Translations under genes and position numbers: made by a program | DNA from: Candidatus Latescibacterota bacterium | Lineage (GTDB): Bacteria > Latescibacterota > UBA2968 > GCA-2709665 | Assembly (NCBI GenBank): GCA_965226795.1 | Contig: CBDDDZ010000002.1 | Span: 224,001-288,000, forward strand | Direction of reading: 5' to 3' | Length of the DNA: 64,000 nt | Notes under the pieces: model-generated | Databases searched by the model: none | Told to the model about the DNA's origin: nothing | The model's input: only the letters and a program-made list of their open reading frames with translations | Shown here: piece by piece, positions 40,095 through 51,043 of the stretch | Numbering within the stretch: position 1 is the first letter of the stretch | Layout: the number at the start of each line of letters is the position of its first letter

Positions 40095-41522
40095 TTATCC
40101 CATGTCTGCCTGGATGTCGGTGCCTTCCTTCTCCAGGTCGTCGTACCACCGGAGAAGCGTCGCCGGCTCGAGCAGTTTGGCCCGATTGTCCCGCTCTTCG
40201 TGGGACATACCCTTGAGGTCCTCGCTGTGGGAAACCTGTACGCGACACATCCCGTCGAAGAAGCGCCGATCGAAGTTCAGCTCGCGCCATGCAAGGTACA
40301 GCGCATACGGAAACGGCTCTGAGGAGACCCGACCCACCGGGCGGCTGTGTTCGTCAATTGTGAATTCCGGGTTGTACTCCCATCCGCCGTAGACCTCGCC
40401 GGAGTCGGACTGCTTATAGATGACGTTGTTCGTCGCCAGGATCAACCGCCGCCGGAGCGCGGGTGCGAACGGATGATCCCGCGGCAGCGCTTTGTGCAGC
40501 GATGCCAGGCCTTTAAGGATGATGAGCTGATACCCAACGTAAGAGTTGTGACCCGGATATCCGCCGTGGGGACACTGCGCAACAAAGATCGCTTCCTCGG
40601 TCCGCCGCACGGCGGATTCGAGGTAGGCCTCCTCACCCGTGGTCTCGAAGAGCGGACCCAGGAACCAGAGCGCGAACGCGTCGTAGTTGTTGTTGCCGGT
40701 GGCGGGGCAACGGACCGTCCAATCCGCAACCCGTCGAACCGCGCTCAGGCAACGTTCGTCCCCCAGCATTCGGTAGCCCTCGACAAGTGCCAACGCGGCC
40801 CATCCTGAGCTGTAGAAGCAGTCGCGGTCGTTCAGGACTCCCTCCCGGGTGTACCACCACCGGTAGGCGCCGTTCGGCTCCTGTTCATCGAGCAGATAGT
40901 GCAATCCGCCAACGGCCCGGTCCAGATACGTCTCCTCGCCGAACAACCGATACCCGGTGAGGTAGCCCAGGATGATGTTCGCCACGGACCGGTAGAGGGG
41001 ATGGAAACTGAGCTCCTGCGAATTGTAGCCCTTGCCCCAGGACCCGTCGGGGTTTCGGTCCTGTTCGCACATCCCGTGGCAGACCTGGAAGTAGTCCACA
41101 AGCTGTTCCCTGCGGACGGGCTCGAAGTCGTAGAGACAGGCGATCGTCCTGTCCCTGGGCAGAGCCGGAAAGCAACCCGGAGACTTGACCTCCACCGCCA
41201 CGACTTCGAAGTCGTCAGATACAACGCTGCGGATGTCTTCTCTGTCACCGAAAAGTGTTGCCGTTACCGAGTACCGTCCAGGCGGCGCACCATCCGGGAT
41301 CTCCCATTCGAACTCGAATTCCGCAGGGCCGGCCTCAATCGAAACGTCGTCCCTGCTTTCCAGGAAGTGCCTTGCCCCGACGGCGTCGTTTACTTCCAAC
41401 CGGGCCGACCCGCGCTGCGGCTGCCACCCTGAGGCGTGTACCCGGAGGGTCACTCGTTGGCCCGCGACAAGTCCGATGCTCTTGTCTACGATCTCCAGGA
41501 ACAGCGGCTTTCCAGAACGCAT
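40095..41522 (-). CDS. Ig-like domain plus alpha/alpha-toroid (glycoside hydrolase-like) protein
   Basis: Repeated Y...G.E.YL..A and Q..DG.W helix-hairpin motifs; AAGGAGG RBS. Confidence 0.65.
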   Translation of the reverse strand: MRSGKPLFLEIVDKSIGLVAGQRVTLRVHASGWQPQRGSARLEVNDAVGARHFLESRDDVSIEAGPAEFEFEWEIPDGAPPGRYSVTATLFGDREDIRSVVSDDFEVVAVEVKSPGCFPALPRDRTIACLYDFEPVRREQLVDYFQVCHGMCEQDRNPDGSWGKGYNSQELSFHPLYRSVANIILGYLTGYRLFGEETYLDRAVGGLHYLLDEQEPNGAYRWWYTREGVLNDRDCFYSSGWAALALVEGYRMLGDERCLSAVRRVADWTVRCPATGNNNYDAFALWFLGPLFETTGEEAYLESAVRRTEEAIFVAQCPHGGYPGHNSYVGYQLIILKGLASLHKALPRDHPFAPALRRRLILATNNVIYKQSDSGEVYGGWEYNPEFTIDEHSRPVGRVSSEPFPYALYLAWRELNFDRRFFDGMCRVQVSHSEDLKGMSHEERDNRAKLLEPATLLRWYDDLEKEGTDIQADMG

Positions 41523-41599
41523 AGGTTTCCTCCTTACGAAATGGCGACCCAACGCCGAATGCAATCATGAGAGCGCCCGCATGCTCACCAGGGATCGAA

Positions 41600-42460
41600 T
41601 CAGCCGTTGAGATTGCGGAAAAAGAAGCGCTGCGCCGTACCCCAAAGAATGGCGTCTTTCTCGGAGGGGCTGAGAAAATTCGCGTGGTCGCGGATCAGAT
41701 CCACGGCAGCCGGATAGTCGGTCATCGGGTCCTCCATCTCGATTGGCCCGCCGCTGTCGGACTCCCACATGCAGCGATGGGCGCCGTACGCTTCGACCAC
41801 CCGCTGGATCAGGGGCAGGACATCGAGGTAGGGGGCGCGGCGCGAGCACAGCGCCTGGAGCGGACCGATCTTGACCATCACCTTCTCATGCCTGGCAAAC
41901 CGGAGCAGCGCTTCCAGGTCTTTTTCGCTGTAGTCGGCTTCCCGGATGCCGACGTGGCACAGGTGATCGAGGATGACCGGCGTTTCCGGAAAGCGGCTGC
42001 ATAGCCGGTCCAGGTCGGGCAGCAGATCCACTTGCATGTTGAAGCTCAGGGCGAGTTCGTGCTCCGCACCGGCGGCGAACATCTTCTCGAATGCCGGGTG
42101 ATCCAATCCGGAGGGCGGCTCGCGAAAGGCGAAACACCCCTGCTGTGAGAGTTCGAGCATCGTGCTGTCGGGCTCGGGATCATCCAGACTGATCATGCCC
42201 GTGCCTGCAAACGTTTCGGGGTCGCCGGCGATGAGGTCGAGGATGTAGCTGTGATCGTACCAGTACCAGATCATCTGGACCAGGTTGATGCGCACGTTGC
42301 CGACCGTCCGGCAGTAGCTGAAGTACTCTTCCGGCGTGAAAGTGGGATGCCAGAGATCTTCTGCTTTGACGCTGGGGGCCAGGGGATAACGCGCGAAGTC
42401 GTCCGTCCAGACGTGGATGTGGGCGTCGACGATCCGGTGCGAGGATGCCTGTTCTGACAT
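41600..42460 (-). CDS. Amidohydrolase family (L-fuconolactonase-like)
   Basis: IVDAHIHVW, ILDHL, VKIG, MWESD, GTA.RF. Confidence 0.88.
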   Translation of the reverse strand: MSEQASSHRIVDAHIHVWTDDFARYPLAPSVKAEDLWHPTFTPEEYFSYCRTVGNVRINLVQMIWYWYDHSYILDLIAGDPETFAGTGMISLDDPEPDSTMLELSQQGCFAFREPPSGLDHPAFEKMFAAGAEHELALSFNMQVDLLPDLDRLCSRFPETPVILDHLCHVGIREADYSEKDLEALLRFARHEKVMVKIGPLQALCSRRAPYLDVLPLIQRVVEAYGAHRCMWESDSGGPIEMEDPMTDYPAAVDLIRDHANFLSPSEKDAILWGTAQRFFFRNLNG

Positions 42461-42605
42461 GGAAACTCTCCGCTCAAGGATCTCGTTGAGTCACGCGGTT
42501 TCGACGACCCCGGTCGACCCTTTCCGCCTGTTTTGCGTCTTCCGGCAGGATTGGCTATATTAATTCGACCCTGCAGCTCCTCAATCCTGTCGCCCGGAAT
42601 CCGAC

Positions 42606-43364
42606 ATGGCAAGAGAACAATACGACGGCGTCTGGCAACCCCATATGCTCGACCGGTTTCCGATGAATCCCAACGTGATGGTAAGCGATCTGGACCGGGA
42701 ACGACTGGACCTTATTCTTGCGTACGTGGCGGAAACCGGCCACAGCGAAGCCCTTTCCGACTGTGTCGCGCAGATTGTGGAACGTCACCCGAGATATCTG
42801 CGTGTGAAAGAATTGTTTGAAACCTTCGAAGCATACAAACGCATTGGACAGGCCATCTACGAACAGTGGCGTGCGGGCAACGTCGAGACGATTTTCGACC
42901 TGGCCTGCGGCCACGGCCTGCTGGGCATCCTGCTGGCCTGGCGGTTTCGCGGACTCCGCGTGGTCTGCGTGGACCTGGAACGGCGGCCGGCCTTCGATCA
43001 CTACCTGGAAATCGTGCACGAACAGGCCGTGCCTATGGAGAACATCGCGTACATTGAGAGCGACTTCAACAATGTGGAACTGAGCCCTCGTTCCTACGTC
43101 ATCTGCATTCACGCATGCAACGAAGGCACCCGGGATGCCCTGGAGATGGCTGGCGCGGCGAACGCGTGTTTCGCCGCCATGCCCTGCTGCATCCGGGACC
43201 GCATCTACCTGCGCCGCATCAACCATCTTGACGACTACGCGCGATACACGGCTGCGGTGGGTGTCATTGCCGGCCGGTACGGGGCCTACAAGATCACGGC
43301 GATCGACCAGCGTATCACCAACCGCAATCTCATTGTCCTTGGCGCGCCCGCGACAGCATCCTGA
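42606..43364 (+). CDS. SAM-dependent methyltransferase
   Basis: FDLACGHG, VCVD, IHAC, MPCC. Confidence 0.85.
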   Translation: MAREQYDGVWQPHMLDRFPMNPNVMVSDLDRERLDLILAYVAETGHSEALSDCVAQIVERHPRYLRVKELFETFEAYKRIGQAIYEQWRAGNVETIFDLACGHGLLGILLAWRFRGLRVVCVDLERRPAFDHYLEIVHEQAVPMENIAYIESDFNNVELSPRSYVICIHACNEGTRDALEMAGAANACFAAMPCCIRDRIYLRRINHLDDYARYTAAVGVIAGRYGAYKITAIDQRITNRNLIVLGAPATAS

Positions 43365-43430
43365 TTCCCCAACCGGGAAGCCGCCCCGCGGGCCCTCGGC
43401 GACGTATCGATTTCACGCGAACGCGATCCG

Positions 43431-44435
43431 TTACCACCGATAGTCGGGTTCTCCTGCTTCGGAGGCTGCGGCCGATGCCATCATGGTCTCCAGGTCTCCC
43501 TTTGGCCGGTAGCCGATCAGCGATTTCGCTTTCGTGATGTCGTGATCGTACATCCAGCGCACCGGAACCGTCACCTCCAGGGGTTCCCGCCCGGTGATTT
43601 TCTCCAGTAGCCGGGCGCCCTTCGGGAAGGTAAAGGGGGCCGGGGCTCCGCCGTTGAACGACTCTCCAACCGCATCCGGAGACCGCAGAGCGCACACCAT
43701 GCAATGCGCGATATCCCGCGCGTCATTCGGCTGGTAGTACCACGGGCGCCCGGATTCGTCCCGGACGGCGCACGGCTGGTCAGGACTGTCCGCGCGCGCC
43801 TCGATGTCGTGCCACAGTTCGGTTCCGTCGGCCATGTACATTTCCGTACCGGGCCCGACCTGTCCCGCCTTCAGTATCGTGCATACCCGTCCAACCGTGA
43901 ATTGATCGAGAATCGTCCGGCCCGAAAGCACGTGGCTGGGCCGTACGATGGAAATGCGAAGCCCCGTCTCCCTGGACGCCCGCTCGGCCATCAGCTCACC
44001 AATGTACTTGGATAGGGAATACTCGTTGTCGGGCCGCTTCGGATGCAACTCGTCCACGGGATGGTATGCGCAGGCGATGTTCTCGCCGTTATTCGGAAAA
44101 ACACCGGACGAACTTACGTAGACGTACCTTTCCAGACTGTCCGCGAATAGCCCGCACGCACGGGACACCTGCAGATTCGTCTGCGTGTTGTTCTCGAAAT
44201 AAGGTCCTACCAGGTTGGCCGTGTGGATCACGGCATCCGTCCCCGATACCAAGCGTTTCACAAAATCCCCGTCCGTCAAATCCCCGTCCACAAGTTCCAT
44301 GTCCAGGCCTTCCAGCCGGTTGAGACATGGATCGTCCGGCAGTACGGAACCCCGAACTTCGAGGTTCAGGTCCAGAAGCTGCCGTACCAGCCGGCACCCG
44401 ACCTGTCCTGCCGCGCCAGTAACCAGAACTTTCAT
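43431..44435 (-). CDS. NAD-dependent epimerase/dehydratase
   Basis: MKVLVTGAAGQVG, YSLSK. Confidence 0.9.
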   Translation of the reverse strand: MKVLVTGAAGQVGCRLVRQLLDLNLEVRGSVLPDDPCLNRLEGLDMELVDGDLTDGDFVKRLVSGTDAVIHTANLVGPYFENNTQTNLQVSRACGLFADSLERYVYVSSSGVFPNNGENIACAYHPVDELHPKRPDNEYSLSKYIGELMAERASRETGLRISIVRPSHVLSGRTILDQFTVGRVCTILKAGQVGPGTEMYMADGTELWHDIEARADSPDQPCAVRDESGRPWYYQPNDARDIAHCMVCALRSPDAVGESFNGGAPAPFTFPKGARLLEKITGREPLEVTVPVRWMYDHDITKAKSLIGYRPKGDLETMMASAAASEAGEPDYRW

Positions 44436-44794
44436 GGAAAACCTCCTGATCGTGCAAAGACGCTTCCACGTCACCTGTATCGATGCCGGCGCGGTGTACG
44501 CGGCTTTCGTCTTTGATGGAAACCGACGGCGTACCTGGTCTGATATGCCGGGAGGCAGACACCGCCTCTATAGTATTTCCAGATGGTAGAGCGAGGGCAA
44601 TATATCCCTCGCGGCTAGGCATTGCAACACCGACACCGACCCTCAGGAATTCTACTACGACCTATATAACAAGGTCTATAGAGAAATCACCAACAAAAAG
44701 GAGCGCCAGGGGAATAGGGATCATGGTTACGAATGCAGCCGGGACCTGTCGAAACGCGCATGTCGAAATGTGCGTTTCGGTAGCCGTGAGATAG

Positions 44795-45015
44795 AAATCC
44801 CACCACCCCCGAACGTCCCCTATTCCCTTGCCCTTTTTCTTGTATCGCCCAAGAAAAAGGGCGAAAAAGAAGGGCGCCGCTCGGCGCGGGGCCGGTTTTT
44901 CCACGAATCTCGTCAGCGGCGTAGACAAGCAATTGTGCCCTACGTACGAATCCGGCCCCACGATGCTTCAATGCTGGACGGAACAGCGTGGAAAAACCCC
45001 CATCTCCGCCACCGG
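44795..45015 (+). repeat. Structured intergenic module, copy C
   Basis: CCCTTTTTCTTG/CAAGAAAAAGGG hairpin; perfect GGTTTTTCCACG/CGTGGAAAAACC arms around an 81-nt core. Confidence 0.85.
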
Positions 45016-45148
45016 GCGGGCGAAGGATGCAACACGAGGAGCCGCGAACAACCGCGTGCGGCGTATGAATTCGTAGGGGCAGCCCTTGTGGCTGCCCACG
45101 TGGCGGCGCGGGAGGTGGAATGGTCGTCCTTATTGGCATATAGAAAGC

Positions 45149-45312
45149 GACGAGACCTACCCCCTATCCCCCGTCCTGAAGGAAGGGGAAAACTGTCATG
45201 GGTTGAAGACTTATCGATCGATGAAAAACCGACAGGGAACAGAGTGCGACGGGCCATCCCCCGGTTTTCCTCCCACTTTCCTTTAGGAGAGGGGGCCGGG
45301 GGGAGAGGTCCC
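45149..45312. repeat. CCCCT/AGGGG-rich doublet repeat
   Basis: GACGAGACCTACCCCCTATCCCC...GGAGAGGGGGCCGGGGG; inverted homologue at 59103-59362. Confidence 0.75.
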
Positions 45313-45660
45313 AGGACCCACGTGGTGTCGATGAGGTAGCGGTAGGCATTCGAGCGCCAGAAATCCCGCGGATCGGCGCCGAGCCTGGTGAGATACAGCT
45401 CGATCCTCCCGGTCCCGACGTAGTTCTGATCGCGGCTTACGCACTTCGCGGGGCCCGGCGACGCTTCGCAGAGCTCACGAGTGACTACGATCGCACGTTC
45501 CATCGCGCGCCTTTCGTTCTATTGGAAACCGATCGCTCGATTCGTTAAATTGAATAGATTTCACACGTACGCTCTACCGTGGGTCAGAATCGTAGAGCGA
45601 TTCCAATATATCCCATGTCCGTCGGCATCGCAATCCCATGCCGTCTTAGGAGCACAGCAC

Positions 45661-46728
45661 ATGACGACCGCAACCCGCTTTCGCCCTGCCCACATCCACT
45701 CCGCCTCCCGAAATCTGTTTTCGGCTGCCGGCGTCCCCCGCCACGTCGCAGAGACAGTCTCCGAAATACTGGTGAGTGCGAATCTCGCCGGCCACGACTC
45801 TCACGGCGTACTTCGGATCCCGACCTACCTGGATGGCATTGCGAACGGCTCCATCGTTCCGGCCGCCGAACCCGAGGTCGTCCGGCAGCACACGAATACA
45901 CTGATTATCGACGGCCACCAGGGGATGGGCATCTACACCGCACGCAAAGCCATCGATCTGGCAATTGAAAAAACCGGCGAGACCGGAATCTGCTGCATCA
46001 GTTTCAGGCGCGTCGGCCACATCGGCCGGCTCGGCGAATACGCGGAGACCGCCGCCCGGGAGGGATGCATCGCCATCATCACGGTCGGCGTCGGCACCGT
46101 CGACGCGGTCGTCCCGTACGGGGCGGCCGGGGGCCGCCTGGGCACGAATCCGATCGCCATCGGCGTTCCCACCGGTGACCAGGCCCCGTTCGTGCTGGAC
46201 ATCGCCACAAGCGTCGTGGCCGAAGGAAAACTTCAGGTTGCGCGCGCCGAGAAATCGCGGCTGCCGGAAGGATATATCCTGGACCGGCACGGGAAACCCA
46301 GCACCGACCCGGTGGACTTCTACGACGGTGGTTACCTCCTGCCGTTCGGTGCGCACAAGGGATCGGGTCTTTCGCTGCTTACCTGTCTGTTGAGCGGCCT
46401 TTCGGGCGTTTCCGAGGTGGAAGAGGGGACGCTCGCCGGTGCCTTCATGCAGGTGATGCGCGTGGATGCCTTTACCCCCCTCGGGCCGTACCAGCGGGGA
46501 GTACGCGCCTTCCTGGACTCAATCAAGGCCATGCCACCCGCCGCCGGCTTCGACGAGGTGCTCGTACCCGGCGATTTCGAATACCGCACACGCGCGAAAC
46601 GTCTGATCGAGGGGGTTGACGTGCCGGGCCCCATAATGGAGAGGATACGCGACTGGGCCGACAGGTTGAACGTGTCCCTTTCGGAAGACGCTGTCGAACC
46701 GGCCGATGAGGAAAGGTATCAGGCGTAG
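45661..46728 (+). CDS. Ldh_2 family dehydrogenase
   Basis: ANLAGHDSHGV, HIGRLG, LGTNPIA, DIATS, PFGAHKGSGL, VPG. Confidence 0.92.
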   Translation: MTTATRFRPAHIHSASRNLFSAAGVPRHVAETVSEILVSANLAGHDSHGVLRIPTYLDGIANGSIVPAAEPEVVRQHTNTLIIDGHQGMGIYTARKAIDLAIEKTGETGICCISFRRVGHIGRLGEYAETAAREGCIAIITVGVGTVDAVVPYGAAGGRLGTNPIAIGVPTGDQAPFVLDIATSVVAEGKLQVARAEKSRLPEGYILDRHGKPSTDPVDFYDGGYLLPFGAHKGSGLSLLTCLLSGLSGVSEVEEGTLAGAFMQVMRVDAFTPLGPYQRGVRAFLDSIKAMPPAAGFDEVLVPGDFEYRTRAKRLIEGVDVPGPIMERIRDWADRLNVSLSEDAVEPADEERYQA

Positions 46729-46763
46729 GGGCGACGCATGCGGAGGAAGGGGAAAGGCAAGAC

Positions 46764-47340
46764 AGGTTGCGTTCCGGGCCTGTAAGGTCATTTCCCTTTC
46801 TCTCTTTATCCTGTCCTTCTTTGTTCTTCGTCCTTTTTCTTGTACGCCCAAGAAAAAGGACGAAAAAGAACGGCGCCGCTCGGCGCGGAGCCGGTTTTTC
46901 GGCGAATTACCCCTGTGACGGGTACGTACACTCTTGCCCTGCGAACGCGTAAGCACCCGCCGGGCAACGGCGCTAAACGGAATGGCGCGGAAAAACCCCC
47001 CACACCACAACCGTTCGCACGAGGGATAAAGCGTAGGAGCGCGGCGAACCCGTCTACAACAAGAGCTGCAAGTTTTTCCGTACAATGATGATGCTGGACG
47101 TTAAAGCGCGGAGAATCCAGCTCCACCCGCGGAGCGGGTGACCGGTTGTTCCGGGGATTATGCGGGACAGCAGGGGACGCCTGTTTCTGGCGTTCGATGT
47201 TGATGGTGAGCGGCGCGATTTTTGCCGCGAACAAACCCCCCGCACCGCTTACCGCTGATTGGTTCCTTTTGGTCGCTTCAAAAGGAACCCGCCGGAGGCA
47301 GGGAATTTGGGGAGATGTGGATGTTGAATTTGCTTTTCCG
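46764..47340. repeat. Composite element D (full module plus truncated inverted module)
   Basis: Module at 46829-47020; middle segment shared with B; GTTCCTTTTG/CAAAAGGAAC hairpin at 47262-47288. Confidence 0.85.
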
Positions 47341-47510
47341 CTTATTCTTCCGCTCCCGCGCCGAAGGCAAAAAACCAAATGGATAAAGGGGAATGATGGG
47401 TCGCGCTCCGGGCGCGCGCGGGGCGAGGCCATGTGCTGGGCGCAAGAAGACGGGGGCTAGATTCCTCGCCCCCGTCCGTTACCAGATTCTCGTCTGTCTC
47501 TGCGGCGTTC

Positions 47511-48104
47511 CTAAACGTGGGGACCGCGTTCCCTTATGATCCGCAGCGCCAGTTCCGGATCGATCTGCACAATCATCTCCGGTTCGACTTTGCAATGGCC
47601 GGGCAGGTCGAACCCCGCCACCGCGCTCCGGGCGTGCCACCCCGATAGCGACGCGTCCATCCCACTTTCCGCAAACTGCGATCCCGGCCCTCCGAACACG
47701 TCGTGAAAAACCGTGCTATACCCGTCTACGACCTGGGGCGACTTGGAGAATGATCCGCCGCCGGCGGAATTCACCATCCCGATACATTTCACGCAATACC
47801 ACACGTCGTTAAGCGTACCGAACGGGTCCAGCGCCCAATGCAGCGTCACGACGTGGGAAATGCCCGCCTCCCTGCCCGCCTCGTAACCGGCTTCCACGTC
47901 CGCGTCGTCGTTGGTGACCGCCCCGACGCCGCCTCCCGTGCCCGATGTAAACACCAGCCCGGACGGTGTAAACGTGGCCATGCAAATCCGCCTTCCCTGG
48001 GGCGCCGGACACGCATCCTCCCTGGACCCCAGATCGATCCCCAGCGCCTCCAACCGGTCGTACACGTCGAAATCCCGTTGCCATGAATTGTGCAGATCTG
48101 CCAT
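47511..48104 (-). CDS. RidA/YjgF-like protein
   Basis: RLEALGIDL, VF.SG, G.VNS, V.DG.S, HARSAV, LP....VE; GGAGGAG RBS. Confidence 0.75.
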   Translation of the reverse strand: MADLHNSWQRDFDVYDRLEALGIDLGSREDACPAPQGRRICMATFTPSGLVFTSGTGGGVGAVTNDDADVEAGYEAGREAGISHVVTLHWALDPFGTLNDVWYCVKCIGMVNSAGGGSFSKSPQVVDGYSTVFHDVFGGPGSQFAESGMDASLSGWHARSAVAGFDLPGHCKVEPEMIVQIDPELALRIIRERGPHV

Positions 48105-48252
48105 GTGGTCTCCTCCGTATGGGTTAGTGTTTCTCAAGAATGTCCATTCAAAATAAGGCCTTCATCCACAATGTCAAGCCCCTATGACGACACGGCTTCA
48201 CGGTTCTCGTCTGAAAGAAAAGCTGCCGATTCGGGCGTTTTCCGCGGTTCCA

Positions 48253-49323
48253 CTACCAGATCGTGGCGGCGATATACCGCTCGCCGTCGGGTTCGTCGTC
48301 ATAGTAGTACGCCGAAACGACCCTGCCGTCCGGCCGCTGCACCGCCCGCGGATAACCGACGTCGTGGTCCCCGCCGTCGTCCCGAAGGATTAAGGGGGTG
48401 CTCCATGTTGCGCCTTCGTCTTCGCTCAACACCGCGCGCAGCCCCGAGGGCGCATCCCGGTATCCGTATACCAGACACAGGCGCCCGTCGGCAAGCAGCA
48501 TCATCGCGGGCGGGTTGCCGCCGGTCCCGGTTTCCGCCACCGGCTGGTTCATAAAGCGCCAGTTCGCCGCGTTGTCGTCCGAACAGTAAAGGTCGATCCA
48601 ATTCCCGTCCCTGCTCTCGCGGCCTCCGCGGCATCGCACGGCCACCAGGATGCGTCCCCCTGAAAGCCTAACGCTGGCCGGCATGATGGCAAAACCTTCC
48701 GGTTCGTCTCCGATCCACGAAACGAACTCGAACGTCCTGCCGCTGTCCTCGGTTCCGGCGCAAAACACCCTCCCCTCGCGCCCGTTGGACTTGGCCGACG
48801 TCAGGAATAACGTGCAGGTATCCTTGCCTTCCACCAGATAATCCGTCCGCGCCGCGATGCCGGACAGTCCGAACATGGGCAGACCGAACGGTCCATCCCA
48901 GGACCGACACCGGTCCGTCGACGTGTAAAACCACGACCGCGCGCCCGCCGCGAGTCCCGTCCGCGCGCACATCAGGGCGAAATCCGGATGGCTGAAATCG
49001 ATCCGGTCGGGGTGTCCCTGTGGCAGCGCAACCGCCTCTTCTATTTCCAGGGAACGGTTCATATGTTCGTTCGCGGATACGCCCTTGTTTCCGGGAGTCG
49101 ATATCGGCATCGGTTCAACCGTCCAGGTCCGGCCTCCGTCGAGACTGCGTGCCTGCATGGTTTCGAACGGCCGGTCCCGGTCCCGCCGGTGAAATCCGCC
49201 GTCCGACCTGTGATACCCCAGCGTGAACCCCACCACGATCTCGTCTCCCCAGGACCAGATCCCATAGTTTGCCGGCCATCCGGCGTACCGCCCCTTTTCC
49301 CTGTAGATAACGACGTGTTCCAT
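48253..49323 (-). CDS. BNR/Asp-box (sialidase-like) protein
   Basis: Asp boxes SLDGGRTW, STDRCRSW, TEDSGRTF, SDDNAANW, SEDEGATW; D.GYP. Confidence 0.88.
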   Translation of the reverse strand: MEHVVIYREKGRYAGWPANYGIWSWGDEIVVGFTLGYHRSDGGFHRRDRDRPFETMQARSLDGGRTWTVEPMPISTPGNKGVSANEHMNRSLEIEEAVALPQGHPDRIDFSHPDFALMCARTGLAAGARSWFYTSTDRCRSWDGPFGLPMFGLSGIAARTDYLVEGKDTCTLFLTSAKSNGREGRVFCAGTEDSGRTFEFVSWIGDEPEGFAIMPASVRLSGGRILVAVRCRGGRESRDGNWIDLYCSDDNAANWRFMNQPVAETGTGGNPPAMMLLADGRLCLVYGYRDAPSGLRAVLSEDEGATWSTPLILRDDGGDHDVGYPRAVQRPDGRVVSAYYYDDEPDGERYIAATIW

Positions 49324-49556
49324 GCCTTGCCCCCATTGCGTTTGTTATGTGCTCAACCCCAGACGGATTGGGCCGCGTCGGATCAGACTTCCCCTACGGC
49401 GGTAACCGGCATCCGACTTAGCGGAATAACGTGACTACCGGGCCGGGCAAATCCGCCTTGTGCATCGCGCACGGCGGCGTTATTCTATACCGGTCGCGGG
49501 ATTTCCATTCCAACGCACGCCGCGTCCGGACCCGATTAAAGAGAAAGGACTCCTCG

Positions 49557-50201
49557 ATGAACACACTGCAACTCGCGGCGCCTTCCAATGCCTTTGTCCT
49601 GTTCAATGGCAGGGACCTCAGTAACTGGACCGCCCTGGACGGCGGCGAACCCGGCTGGACCGTGGAAGACGGTATCCTCCAGGTCGTGCCCCGGGCCGGG
49701 GATATCGTGAATACCGAACGCCTGACCGATTTCTATCTCCACCTGGAGTTCCGATGCCCGGACATGCCCGACGCCACGGGCCAGGCCAAGGGCAACAGCG
49801 GGGTTTTCCTACAAGGCATCTATGAGATCCAGGTTCTGGATTCATTCGGGGTGAGCATTCCCGGCACCGGAGACTGCGGCGCCCTCTACGATCAGTCGTC
49901 CCCCCTCGTCAACGCCTGCAAGCCCGCAATGGAATGGCAGACGTATGACATCTTCTTCCGTGCGCCGCGCATGAACGACGCCGGGGAAGTCAGCGAGCAA
50001 GCCCGCGCCACGGTACTTCAAAACGGCATCGTCATTCACAACAATGTCGGGATTTCAGGCCCCACCGGTTCCGCTTCCAGTATGGCGGTGGAAACCTCCG
50101 GCCCCCTGCGCCTGCAGGACCACAAGGATCGAGTAGCCTATCGGAACATCTGGGCCGTACCGCTTCCACTTAAGGGATCCGGAACCTACGAACCGCGGTA
50201 G
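49557..50201 (+). CDS. DUF1080 (3-keto-disaccharide hydrolase-like) protein
   Basis: LFNGRDLSNW, GNSGVF, YEIQVLD, EWQTYDI, LQDH, YRNIW. Confidence 0.9.
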   Translation: MNTLQLAAPSNAFVLFNGRDLSNWTALDGGEPGWTVEDGILQVVPRAGDIVNTERLTDFYLHLEFRCPDMPDATGQAKGNSGVFLQGIYEIQVLDSFGVSIPGTGDCGALYDQSSPLVNACKPAMEWQTYDIFFRAPRMNDAGEVSEQARATVLQNGIVIHNNVGISGPTGSASSMAVETSGPLRLQDHKDRVAYRNIWAVPLPLKGSGTYEPR

Positions 50202-50217
50202 CATCGAAACATCGGGA

Positions 50218-50883
50218 TTGGAAAACACCCGCCGCGGAACCGGCCCTGCACCGGAAAAGAAACCACCTGCCGCCAAAGACGATCCTGTGAATGACACCAT
50301 CGACCTGAGCAGCCTGGAGACAGACCCCCGCCTGCTCAGGTTTGCGCTCAATGGAAGCTGTGTCGACGGCCCGTCCTTTGAAACCTGGAAGCGCGCCCGG
50401 TCATTCATCGCTTCAGCGATCCACCGCCCCGGAACCCTGCTGGACATCGGCTGCGCAAACGGGTTCCTGCTGCGATGTCTTACGGAATGGTCCGACCACG
50501 AACTCATTCCGTTCGGCATCGACTCCAGCGCCGGCAGGGCCGGGGATACCGAGCGGTTCTTCCCTTCACAGCGCGACCATTTCGCCCGCCTTCCGGTCGA
50601 GCGGCTGGGTGAGATCGGTTCTCGTGGCCTTCCGGATAAGTACGACTTCATCTACTGGGCCGTCTGGGACAATTACGGGTTCGACCGCCAGGATCGAATC
50701 GACCTCCTCAGACGCGCCCTCGAAAACGTGAGAGACGATGGACGGCTGATTCTGGGTTTTTACGACCGCGAGCCCAAAACCATCGAAAACAAAATCGCCC
50801 GGATCAAGGACCTCAACCTGGGGCATGCTGTCCGCGTGGCGAATCCGAACGGACCGCAGGTACTGCTTCGTTTGTGTAAATAG
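50218..50883 (+). CDS. Class I SAM methyltransferase-like protein
   Basis: LLDIGCANG, GIDS, YDFI, DGRLILG; start uncertain. Confidence 0.7.
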   Translation: MENTRRGTGPAPEKKPPAAKDDPVNDTIDLSSLETDPRLLRFALNGSCVDGPSFETWKRARSFIASAIHRPGTLLDIGCANGFLLRCLTEWSDHELIPFGIDSSAGRAGDTERFFPSQRDHFARLPVERLGEIGSRGLPDKYDFIYWAVWDNYGFDRQDRIDLLRRALENVRDDGRLILGFYDREPKTIENKIARIKDLNLGHAVRVANPNGPQVLLRLCK

Positions 50884-51043
50884 CCGCATCTGGGGAGACG
50901 CAAGAGGCAAGAGGGGAGAAGGCCACCCAGCACCCGACCGCCTTTGCCATATCTCACGTCTAGCTTCTTGCGCTTGGGTCGGGTCGACGGATGGTGTGAA
51001 TGCTGAAAGACGACGCTTTTTCTTTAAGAAATCCGACTTTGGA

